Shown in pieces: positions 53,943-62,103 of a stretch of 64,000 nucleotides of DNA. The notes beneath the pieces were generated by a model. The model was given only the letters and a program-made list of their open reading frames with translations. It made no database searches and was not told the DNA's origin. Each line of letters begins with the position of its first letter. The stretch's first letter is position 1. A program made the position numbers and the translations under genes. Origin of the DNA: Candidatus Acidiferrum sp. (lineage in GTDB: Bacteria; Acidobacteriota; Terriglobia; Acidiferrales; UBA7541); contig DATFSI010000009.1 of assembly GCA_035262705.1 (NCBI GenBank), positions 3 through 64,002 on the forward strand, written 5' to 3'.

Positions 53943-55391
53943 ATGAAGCGAATTTTCTCCAGCCCCATTTCGGCCCTGGTTGCCGGCGCGGCTTTGCGGT
54001 TGCTGTTTGCGCTGAAATTCCCCGGCGGCTCCGGGGACACGGTTATATACGATCAACTAGCAACGAACTGGCTGCAGCACGGCAAATACGCGATGGACAT
54101 CGCCGGACAGCCGGTTCCTGTGGACATTCGCATGCCCGGGTACCCCGCATTTCTTGCCCTGGTGTATATGCTGACGGGCCACACTGGTGAAGCCGCGCGC
54201 CGCGCAGTCATGTTCGCGCAGATCTTTGTGGATCTCGGCACGTGCGTGGTGATTGCCGCTCTGGCTGCGCTTCTTGCGTCGTTGTGGATGGAAAAAACGG
54301 AATCCCAACGAACGTTTCGTATTGCACTGTGGCTTGCGGCGCTGTGTCCTTTGACCGCCAATTATGTGGCCGTGCCGCTCACGGAAAGCTGGGCCGTTTT
54401 TTTCGCGGCGCTGGCCACATTGCTGCTGGTTGCGGTCCTCTTCCTTGCCGCCGGCATCTGGCTGCCCCTTCTGGAACGCCGTGGGGACCGCGAGTATTGG
54501 CTCGCGGCGGGTGCATCGGGTTTTGTGGTTGGCTTGGGCACTCTTTTTCGGCCGGAGACGCCTCTGCTGCTGGCGATCGCATTTTTTGCATTGGCGTTTG
54601 TGTTGTTACGCCGGCGGCATCCCGAACAACTGCTCCTTTCCATCACGTTGATGATCTTCAGCGCCGCTCTGCCCTTGGCGCCTTGGGCTATCCGCAACGT
54701 GATTACGCTGCACGAATTCCAGCCCCTCGCGCCTAAAGACGCCATGCTTCCCGGCGAACTCGACCCAAGAGGATTTATGGCCTGGGAGCGGACGTGGTTG
54801 TATCGCGTGCGCGACTGCTATCTAGTGCCGTGGAAGCTCAACGACGAAGCCATCCTCATCGACGACATCCCGCCCTCGGCGTTCGACACACCCGAAGAGC
54901 GCGAACGCGTTGCCGCGGTGCTCGAGACGTACAACGATGAACTGACGCTCACAGCGGAGGAAGATGCCGTGTTTGCGCAACTGGCCCGCGAACGTACCGC
55001 CCGCCACCCGCTGCGTACCTACGTGACGATCCCCCTGCGGCGCGCCGTGCGCATCTGGTTTACCCCGCGCATCGAACTCCTTCCCAATATCTCCGGGCAT
55101 GTGTTTCCTCTTGCTTATATGCGGGAAGAGGACCCGGTGGACCAGCGGGTGACGATTTTCTTTTTCCTGCTCAACATTGTTTACGTCGGGCTAGGGATTT
55201 GGGGCCTGTGGCGGCTTTGCAAGTATCCCGCCGCGCGCGTGACAGTGTTCTTTTTTGTTGCGTATCTCGTTGTGCGCACGGCGTTTCTCACTACACTGGA
55301 AACGCCGGAACCCCGCTATGTGCTGGCGTGTTTCCCTGCTCTGCTGGCGCTGGGAGCCCAGGTCTTCCACCGGTTCCCCCGGCGTTCCTAA
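53943..55391 (+). CDS. GT-C fold (GT39/PMT-like) membrane glycosyltransferase
   Basis: GD..IY..LA.N, R.PGYP.FLA, LTE, LFRPE motifs; many transmembrane segments; start at MKRIFSS. Confidence 0.72.
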   Translation: MKRIFSSPISALVAGAALRLLFALKFPGGSGDTVIYDQLATNWLQHGKYAMDIAGQPVPVDIRMPGYPAFLALVYMLTGHTGEAARRAVMFAQIFVDLGTCVVIAALAALLASLWMEKTESQRTFRIALWLAALCPLTANYVAVPLTESWAVFFAALATLLLVAVLFLAAGIWLPLLERRGDREYWLAAGASGFVVGLGTLFRPETPLLLAIAFFALAFVLLRRRHPEQLLLSITLMIFSAALPLAPWAIRNVITLHEFQPLAPKDAMLPGELDPRGFMAWERTWLYRVRDCYLVPWKLNDEAILIDDIPPSAFDTPEERERVAAVLETYNDELTLTAEEDAVFAQLARERTARHPLRTYVTIPLRRAVRIWFTPRIELLPNISGHVFPLAYMREEDPVDQRVTIFFFLLNIVYVGLGIWGLWRLCKYPAARVTVFFFVAYLVVRTAFLTTLETPEPRYVLACFPALLALGAQVFHRFPRRS

Positions 55392-55593
55392 CGATAAACA
55401 CCGGTCTATTGCTCCTGCCAAGGTGGGTGGCGAAGATAAGGGCGACAAGCGCCCGGTCCCCGTTGCATGCTATCCTCGGTCTTTCCGAAGTAGCCCCAAC
55501 CCAGATGCTTCGGTGCTTTCGCTTTCCGGTGAGCACGCAGGATGACCCTGTTGCTGCCGGCCTGAATTCGAACTCATTCGAACGGGGTGCACC

Positions 55594-57147
55594 ATGAGCG
55601 AGCCATGGAAACAATGGGAAGGCCAGACTGTCGACGGAAAATTCTCCCTGCGGCAATTTCTGGGAAGCACGCACCATAGCGCGGTTTTCCTGGCGCAGAC
55701 CGTCGAGCCACAACCCAAAAACGCCGCCATCAAGTTTCTCTTCTCGGGCGCGTCCAACGCGGACACGCAGCTGGCGCTTTGGAAACGCGCCGCGCATCTC
55801 TCTCACCCCAATCTTCTGGCCATTTACGATTGCGGTCGGTGCCGCCTGGGGGACAGCGATTTGCTTTATGTGGTGATGGAACACGCCGAGGAAAATCTTG
55901 GCGACGTCCTTCCGCAGCGGCCTCTTTCGCCGGAAGAGACCCGCGATTTTCTGGAGCCAGCTCTGGATGTGCTGGTGTATCTGCACGGCAAAGGACTCGC
56001 GCACGGGCATTTAAAGCCTTCCAACTTGCTGGCCACCCGGGATTGCCTGAAGCTTTCAAGCGACGCAGTCCTGACGATTGGCGCGGGCGCGCAATTCGAC
56101 CGCGAGGCGGACGCCTATGACGCTCCGGAATTGAGGACAGCGGCGGTTACCGCGAAGGCCGATGCGTGGTCCCTTGGCGCGACTTTGGTGGAGGCACTGA
56201 CGCAGGAGCCTCCTTTTGCGCCGCCGCAAGCCGGCGATCCGGCCATCCCGGATTCCCTGCCAGAAGAGTTTCGCGAAATTGCGGGTCACGCACTGAGGCG
56301 GCATGAGGCGCAGCGCTGGTCCATCGGCGAAATTGCCGCGCGGCTGAATCTGGCACCGCTGGCTGCGGCCGCAGTGGCCAGCGTTGCCGCGCCAGCCGTT
56401 CCCGCGGCGGTGATTTCTCCGCTCAGCGTGCCCCTGGCCACGGAGCCTGCCGTGCCGCTTGCGAAGTTGCCCGCCGCTCCGGAGATTTCTCCCCGCCGCC
56501 CCGCGCAAGCGGCAAAAAGAAGTTCCTCGCGCTCTTCGTTCGATTATTTCGTGCCCGCAGTTCTGGTCACGGCGGTGATCATCGGCTTGATTTTCGCGGT
56601 GCCCAAGATTTTCAATTTTCAGCGACCGTCCGGGACGCCGACACCTCAGGTGGCAAGCGAGGCAAAGATGCAGACAGCGCCGGGGCCTGCAGCAGAAGCA
56701 AATCCGGTGAAGCCCGAACCTGCTGTCAGAAAGCCGGTCAGCCGGCCGGCTGAGCCGCCAACGCCCACTACTGCCACGGCGGTTCTTAGAACGGACTCCT
56801 CCAGTTCCACTCCGGTACGCGCAAAAAGCGCTGACGAGGTCGAGGGACGCGGACAGGTTCTCGACCAGGTGTTGCCGAAACCCGCCCCGAAAGCTCTGGA
56901 AACGATTCAAGGCACGGTGCGCGTGGTGGTAAAAGTTCAAGTGGAAGCGTCGGGGAGTGTGAGCGACGCGGAGCTCGATTCACCAGGGCCAAGCAAGTAT
57001 TTCGCAGACCTCTCGGAAAAAGCGGCCCGGCAGTGGCAGTTTGCGGGCGCGGAAAGCGACGGGCACAGCGTGCCCAGCGCGTGGCTGATTCGTTTTGAGT
57101 TTTCGCCGTCCGGCGTGCGCGCCTTCCCGCAACAGACCGCGCCGTGA
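55594..57147 (+). CDS. Protein kinase-like (degenerate) domain - TM - Pro-rich linker - TonB C-terminal domain
   Basis: AAIK, HPNLL.IYD, YVVMEH, HGHLKPSNLL, YDAPE, D.WSLGATL; TM FVPAVLVTAVIIGLIFAV; C-terminal GTVRVVVKVQVEASGSV..AARQWQF. Confidence 0.8.
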   Translation: MSEPWKQWEGQTVDGKFSLRQFLGSTHHSAVFLAQTVEPQPKNAAIKFLFSGASNADTQLALWKRAAHLSHPNLLAIYDCGRCRLGDSDLLYVVMEHAEENLGDVLPQRPLSPEETRDFLEPALDVLVYLHGKGLAHGHLKPSNLLATRDCLKLSSDAVLTIGAGAQFDREADAYDAPELRTAAVTAKADAWSLGATLVEALTQEPPFAPPQAGDPAIPDSLPEEFREIAGHALRRHEAQRWSIGEIAARLNLAPLAAAAVASVAAPAVPAAVISPLSVPLATEPAVPLAKLPAAPEISPRRPAQAAKRSSSRSSFDYFVPAVLVTAVIIGLIFAVPKIFNFQRPSGTPTPQVASEAKMQTAPGPAAEANPVKPEPAVRKPVSRPAEPPTPTTATAVLRTDSSSSTPVRAKSADEVEGRGQVLDQVLPKPAPKALETIQGTVRVVVKVQVEASGSVSDAELDSPGPSKYFADLSEKAARQWQFAGAESDGHSVPSAWLIRFEFSPSGVRAFPQQTAP

Positions 57148-57196
57148 AACGTTGGATTCGGAATGTATGTTGGACAATCCTGAGGCTCAACAGCAG

Positions 57197-58231
57197 CTAC
57201 TGAAACGCCATGTATTTTGTGTGATCCACGAATTCCGCCAGTTTGCCTTGCGGGCCAGCCGCCCAACCACGATTTACCGCGGCCGTAAAGGAATAGGCGT
57301 TAAGATTCTGCCCACCTAAGTGCTTCCAGTGTAGGCCGTCCGTGCTTATTTCTGATCCTGTGGGGCCCACGGTGACATAGCCGTCGTGATAGCTCCCAAC
57401 GGCCGAGCGATATCCCTGTGGTGGCTTCATTGCGAGCTGCCAAGTTTTCCCGGCATCTTTTGAGAAGGCAGCATTGCGTTCCGCGCCATGCGCATCTCGG
57501 TAGTCACCCCCCACCGCGGCCAATACGAAACCATCACAGGAGAGCGAAAAGATACCGGAGGACGCATTGCCACTGAGAATCGGCGTTTCTGTCACGTCCC
57601 ATGTTTGCCCAAAATCGTGAGAAGCAAAGAGGCGTGCGGCCGGACCTCCGGTCCCAAAATAGATGTCGGTTCCACGAAAGCAAAGAGAGGAATTGCTGGC
57701 GGCAAATGCGCCCTCTTTCGGTAAAGCCGGGGGCATGTGCTCGCGCGGCAACTCCGTCCAGTGCTCGCCGTCCTGATTCGCCAGCAAAACAAATTTGCCG
57801 TCGACCGGATCGCTCAGCGCGACGCAATGTTTCTCGTCCTCACAAAGGAGCGCATCGAGAAAAAAGCGTTTATTCTCGCCCTTGTATTGCAGCTTCCAGA
57901 TTTTTCCGCCATCGGTGGTCTTGTAAATCCGCGATTGTGCACCTTCGCCGCTGGACATTACATACGCGGTTTCGGGGCTCAATGCCTGGACGCCGCGAAA
58001 ATCCAGCGATTCGGCATCTGGAACGAGCAGGCGATGCCAGGTTTTCCCGGAATCCGCGGAACGTACAGCGACGCCGTTCGAGCCGGTCGCCCAGATGGTC
58101 AAGACTTCTCCTGTGCCAGGATTGGGCACCACGCTGATGCCGCGCAGGTTGGAGTCGACGCCAGCGTCTCGTACATCCCACCAGTTGTCCGCCGGAAGGA
58201 GCAACAGCAAGAACAGGCACAGATTTCGCAT
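57197..58231 (-). CDS. Secreted BNR/Ycf48-like beta-propeller protein
   Basis: Signal MRNLCLFLLLLLP; Asp-box repeats SADSGKTW, TTDGGKIW, SHDFGQTW, SKDAGKTW; track ORF overextends to 58783. Confidence 0.82.
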   Translation of the reverse strand: MRNLCLFLLLLLPADNWWDVRDAGVDSNLRGISVVPNPGTGEVLTIWATGSNGVAVRSADSGKTWHRLLVPDAESLDFRGVQALSPETAYVMSSGEGAQSRIYKTTDGGKIWKLQYKGENKRFFLDALLCEDEKHCVALSDPVDGKFVLLANQDGEHWTELPREHMPPALPKEGAFAASNSSLCFRGTDIYFGTGGPAARLFASHDFGQTWDVTETPILSGNASSGIFSLSCDGFVLAAVGGDYRDAHGAERNAAFSKDAGKTWQLAMKPPQGYRSAVGSYHDGYVTVGPTGSEISTDGLHWKHLGGQNLNAYSFTAAVNRGWAAGPQGKLAEFVDHTKYMAFQ

Positions 58232-58284
58232 GGAGAGGAGTCTAACAGGCCGGGAGAATTTCGAGGAAGGATTGGGCGGAAATC

Positions 58285-58689
58285 TTACTTCTTGCTTTGC
58301 GAGAAAGGCGAAAGCACGGTGCGCGCCTCGGGATGCTTTGGCGACCAGTCTTCCGGGGGAAATGCCACACGCCAGAAACCGGGGCGCGTCTCGGAAAATT
58401 CCAAGCCCACTTCGGCTTTGCCGGAACGCACCGGACCGAGGAAGGCCACGTGGCATTCCTGCTCTTCCTTGGTGATGTTGTGCTGGAGGTGAACCTTGCT
58501 GCCACTGGTCACGCGCGCCTGGAGAAGCACCAGGGCGCCATGCGCGTTGATGGCTAGCGTGGCGGTTTCCTCTTCGAAATTCTTGCCTTGCGAATCGGCC
58601 CCGCGCAGGCGCACGGAAACCTGCATCAATACGCGCTGGCTGCGGCGGCGGGGACCGGGATGCGTGTAACCATTCGGAGACTGACCCAT
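58285..58689 (-). CDS. PilZ domain protein
   Basis: RRRSQR motif followed by beta-barrel pattern (TLAINAHGALV, VGLEF). Confidence 0.75.
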   Translation of the reverse strand: MGQSPNGYTHPGPRRRSQRVLMQVSVRLRGADSQGKNFEEETATLAINAHGALVLLQARVTSGSKVHLQHNITKEEQECHVAFLGPVRSGKAEVGLEFSETRPGFWRVAFPPEDWSPKHPEARTVLSPFSQSKK

Positions 58690-58841
58690 AAGCCCTCTTA
58701 CAGATGACTATACCCCGCCACCTCGGAAAGTCGAGCAAGAAGGCAGCGGGGCGTATGCAAAAAGGATACGCGGCTTCCGGCAAGGGTTGCCTCGGTTGGG
58801 CGGATGAGGTGCTGCGTGAAACTAAACTCTAGCGCGTACGG

Positions 58842-60182
58842 CTAGCCGCGCTGGTCAATGGTCGTGTAGCTTCGCGTGTCGTACCCGAGATAAATCTGGC
58901 GGGGACGCGCGATTTTCTGCTCGGGATCGAGCAATAACTCTTCCCACTGCGAGATCCATCCGCTCATGCGCGGAATGGCAAAGAGCACCGGGAACATGGT
59001 CATTGGGAAACCCATCGACTGGTAAATCAGCCCGGTATAGAAGTCCACGTTGGGATACAGCTTGCGTTTCACGAAGTATTCGTCTTCGAGGGCGATGCGT
59101 TCGCACTCCAGGGCGATTTCCAGCAGCGGGTTCTTGCCCATCAGGTCGAACACTTCATAAGCGACGCGCTTGATGATGCGCGCGCGCGGATCGTAATTCT
59201 TGTACACGCGATGGCCAAACCCCATCAGCTTCTTTTCGCCGGCCTTGACGCGCTTGATGAAGTCCGGAACCTTCTGCACGGAGCCGATTTCGTGCAGCAT
59301 GCGGACCACCTCTTCGTTGGCCCCGCCGTGCAGTGGTCCATAGAGCGCGGCGATGGCCGCCGCGGCCGCCGAATACGGATCCACGTGCGAACTGCCAACG
59401 CCGCGCACCGTGTTGGTTGAACAGTTTTGCTCGTGGTCGGCGTGCAGAATAAACAGAATGTCCAGCGCGCGCTCCAACGTCGGGTTCGGCCGGTAGCGCG
59501 CCTCGGTGGTTCGAAACAGCATGTTCAGAAAATTGCCGGGATAGCTGAGGTCGTTGTCCGGATAAACATAGGGCATTCCCAGCGTGTGGCGGTAGGCGAA
59601 CGCCGCAATCGTGGGCATCTTACCGATCAGCCGGAAGGTCTGCTTCTTGCGCGATTCCACGCTGAAGATGTCTTTTGCGTCGTGATAAAAGGTGGAAAGC
59701 GCGGCGATAGTGGAAATCACCATGCCCATCGGGTGCGCGTCGTAATGGAAGCCGTCGAGGAACTTCTTGATGCTTTCGTGAATGAACGTGTGGTGCGTGA
59801 CGTTGTACTGCCACTCCTTGAGCTGGGCAGCCGTGGGCAGCTCGCCGTTGAGCAACAGGTAAGCCGTTTCGAGGTACGTCGATTTCTCCGCCAGCTCCTC
59901 GATGGGATAGCCGCGGTAGCGCAGAATGCCCTCGTCGCCGTCGATATAGGTGATGCGGCTGATGCAGGACGCGGTGTTGTTGTAAGCGGGGTCGTAACTG
60001 ATCATCCCGAAATCTTCGGGGTTCACCTTGATCTGCCGCAGGTCCATAGCCTTGATCGTGTCGTGGGTGATGGGAAGTTCATAGGACTTGCCGGTGCGGT
60101 TATCAACGATGGTCAAGGTGTCGCGGCGCGCGGCATCCGATTCGGAAGCCTTGGTTTGCGTAGTAGGAATAGCCGAGTCCAT
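58842..60182 (-). CDS. gltA: Citrate synthase
   Basis: IDGDEGILRYRGY, LHADHEQN.ST, GPLHGGANE, MGFGHRVYK, YPNVDFY; start at MDSAIP. Confidence 0.96.
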   Translation of the reverse strand: MDSAIPTTQTKASESDAARRDTLTIVDNRTGKSYELPITHDTIKAMDLRQIKVNPEDFGMISYDPAYNNTASCISRITYIDGDEGILRYRGYPIEELAEKSTYLETAYLLLNGELPTAAQLKEWQYNVTHHTFIHESIKKFLDGFHYDAHPMGMVISTIAALSTFYHDAKDIFSVESRKKQTFRLIGKMPTIAAFAYRHTLGMPYVYPDNDLSYPGNFLNMLFRTTEARYRPNPTLERALDILFILHADHEQNCSTNTVRGVGSSHVDPYSAAAAAIAALYGPLHGGANEEVVRMLHEIGSVQKVPDFIKRVKAGEKKLMGFGHRVYKNYDPRARIIKRVAYEVFDLMGKNPLLEIALECERIALEDEYFVKRKLYPNVDFYTGLIYQSMGFPMTMFPVLFAIPRMSGWISQWEELLLDPEQKIARPRQIYLGYDTRSYTTIDQRG

Positions 60183-60375
60183 ACCAATCACCTCACCTGA
60201 GGCGGCGGGAAGCGCGCCACACCAAGAAACACTGTACACCAAAGGAGGAGAGGGTGGAAATGAAGGCGCAACCAGAAGCGCACAAGAATGGGAGATCGAT
60301 AGAAAAGCTGTCGAGCGGCCAAGAGATTGGCGGGAAAGGGGATAGGGCGCAGACCGCGCCTTAAGGACTAGCCTC

Positions 60376-60404
60376 TTGACAATAGTCGTTATAACAAATA
60401 TTAT
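60376..60404 (+). promoter_or_regulatory. Sigma70 promoter of pirin with palindromic operator in the spacer
   Basis: TTGACA-N17-TATTAT; ATAGTCGTTATAACAAATAT (60382-60401) is self-complementary at 16/20. Confidence 0.75.
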
Positions 60405-60430
60405 CGATCCGCAGGTTTAGGAGGCAGGCT

Positions 60431-61129
60431 ATGATTCAGATTCGCAAGAGCGATCAACGCGGGCACGCCAACCACGGCTGGCTCGATTCCCGATTCAGCT
60501 TTTCTTTCGCGGAGTACTATGACCCGGAGTTCGTCGAGTTCCGCACCCTGCGCGTGATGAACGATGACCACATCGCGGGCGGCGGCGGCTTTCCCACGCA
60601 CCCGCACCGCGACATGGAGATCGTGACGTACGTGCTGGAAGGCGCGCTGGCGCACAAGGACAGCATGGGCAACGGCTCCACGATTCGCTCGGGCGACGTG
60701 CAGTATATGAGCGCGGGCACAGGCGTGGCGCACAGCGAGTTCAACGCTTCGGAAAAGGAACCCGTGCATATGTACCAGATCTGGATGTTCCCGGACAAAA
60801 ACGGGTATAAACCGGTGTACGACCAGAAGCACTTCAGCGCATCGGAAAAGCGCGGGAAGCTGCGGCTGATCGCTTCGCCGGATGGGCGCGAAGGATCGAT
60901 GCAAATCCGGCAGGACAACGAGCTTTACGCCACGGTGCTGATTCCCGGCGAGGCCGTAAAACACACGTTGAAGCCGGAGCGCCATGCGTATGTGCAGGTG
61001 GCGCGCGGGAGTGTGACGCTTAACGGCGCGAAGCTTGAAACCGGCGACGGCGCGGCCATCTCCGCAGAGAAGTCTGTGGAGTTGGTCGGCGTGAAGGACG
61101 CCGAAGTGCTGCTGTTCGATTTGGCATGA
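60431..61129 (+). CDS. Pirin family protein (YhhW-like)
   Basis: HPHRDMEI, HKDSMGN, MSAGTG..HSE, QIW; RBS AGGAGG. Confidence 0.94.
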   Translation: MIQIRKSDQRGHANHGWLDSRFSFSFAEYYDPEFVEFRTLRVMNDDHIAGGGGFPTHPHRDMEIVTYVLEGALAHKDSMGNGSTIRSGDVQYMSAGTGVAHSEFNASEKEPVHMYQIWMFPDKNGYKPVYDQKHFSASEKRGKLRLIASPDGREGSMQIRQDNELYATVLIPGEAVKHTLKPERHAYVQVARGSVTLNGAKLETGDGAAISAEKSVELVGVKDAEVLLFDLA

Positions 61130-61140
61130 AGCCAAACAAG

Positions 61141-61292
61141 TAATCAGTAATCGGTAATCAGCAGCAGTTGTCAGCCGTTAGCAAGAGCAAAGAGAAAAGG
61201 GCGGAGTCTTCTTCTCCGCCCTTTTTGCTTTTTGAAAGGTAATTCTTCGTCTTTATTTCTGACTGACAGCTAAAAGCTAACGACTGATGACT
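61141..61292. repeat. Degenerate heptamer arrays flanking a terminator in inverted orientation
   Basis: TAATCAG TAATCGG TAATCAG .. TTGTCAG CCGTTAG on the left; the right side reads TCATCAG TCGTTAG CTTTTAG CTGTCAG on the minus strand. Confidence 0.6.
61195..61226. terminator. Bidirectional intrinsic terminator
   Basis: AAAAGGGCGGAG-TCTTCTT-CTCCGCCCTTTT with A/T tails on both sides, between convergent genes. Confidence 0.85.
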
Positions 61293-61299
61293 TGCTCCC

Positions 61300-61851
61300 T
61301 CACGCCGCTTTGGGCTTCGGGAAAGTTCCAGCGGAGGCGAGGATGCCGAGAATAATGGCCACGCCCAAAACGAGCAACGACGCGCCGAGGGATTCGGGCT
61401 TCACGGTCATCAGGTAGACGATGCCGAGAGCAAGGAGGCCGCGCACACGAATCAGCGTGGGAATCGCCGGAGCCTGCAGAAGCGCGCTGACATTTGCCGG
61501 CAGGCCGCCGCTGCCTTCCGGCAACGCTCCGCGGATGGCGCGGACGCGCGGCAGGATGAACACGAAGCCGATGCCTAGCGCGAAGACAATGGCCAGGAGC
61601 GAAGCGGATATCCATCCCTGTTTCATAGAGCCAGAAAGGGAAGCGAGGTAGCCGCCGCTGAGAATCAGGATCAGCAGGCCGGGACCCGAGATGGGCAACG
61701 AGGTGCGATAGACGCGCAGCCAGGCACGCACCTGGTCGGTGGTGGTGGCCTGGCGCAGTAGGCCGGAGACGACCCACTCCAGGCCGTAGCCGACAAACAG
61801 CGCAACCAGGCCCAGGAAATGAAAGAACATCGCGAGCGTGTAGTTGGTCAT
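61300..61851 (-). CDS. Small multi-TM membrane protein (DUF2269-like)
   Basis: Four to five hydrophobic helices, FFHFLG start and YLMTVKP end; start at MTNYTL. Confidence 0.65.
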   Translation of the reverse strand: MTNYTLAMFFHFLGLVALFVGYGLEWVVSGLLRQATTTDQVRAWLRVYRTSLPISGPGLLILILSGGYLASLSGSMKQGWISASLLAIVFALGIGFVFILPRVRAIRGALPEGSGGLPANVSALLQAPAIPTLIRVRGLLALGIVYLMTVKPESLGASLLVLGVAIILGILASAGTFPKPKAA

Positions 61852-61885
61852 ATACTTTTCGTGTCGCCAATACTCCTGTCGGGAG

Positions 61886-62077
61886 GGCACGACTTTAGTC
61901 GTGCCGCAAACTCCATGCATCAGCCGGCTTTAGCCGCTGAGGCGCTCTTTTCCGATCTCACGCCGACCGCCCCGGATTTTTGGCCGCTGTTTCCCGTGGA
62001 ACATTATCCATGAAAAGCCGGAAAAAACCCGACTTCCGGGGCTGAAGCCCCAATTTTCTTTAGCCCTTTCGGCACAG
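61886..62077. repeat. Pair of REP-like elements in inverted orientation (second truncated)
   Basis: GGCACGAC-TTTA-GTCGTGCC and CGGCTTTAGCCG (61886-61942); GGGGCTGAAGCCCC...CGGCAC (62038-62075). Confidence 0.65.
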
Positions 62078-62103
62078 CTCTCCGGGCGGCAATCAATCAT
62101 CTT

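Noticed and set aside
57197-58783. 528-aa ORF in the track
   Set aside because: The 5' part is an alternative frame over the PilZ gene; a signal peptide begins at ATG 58231.
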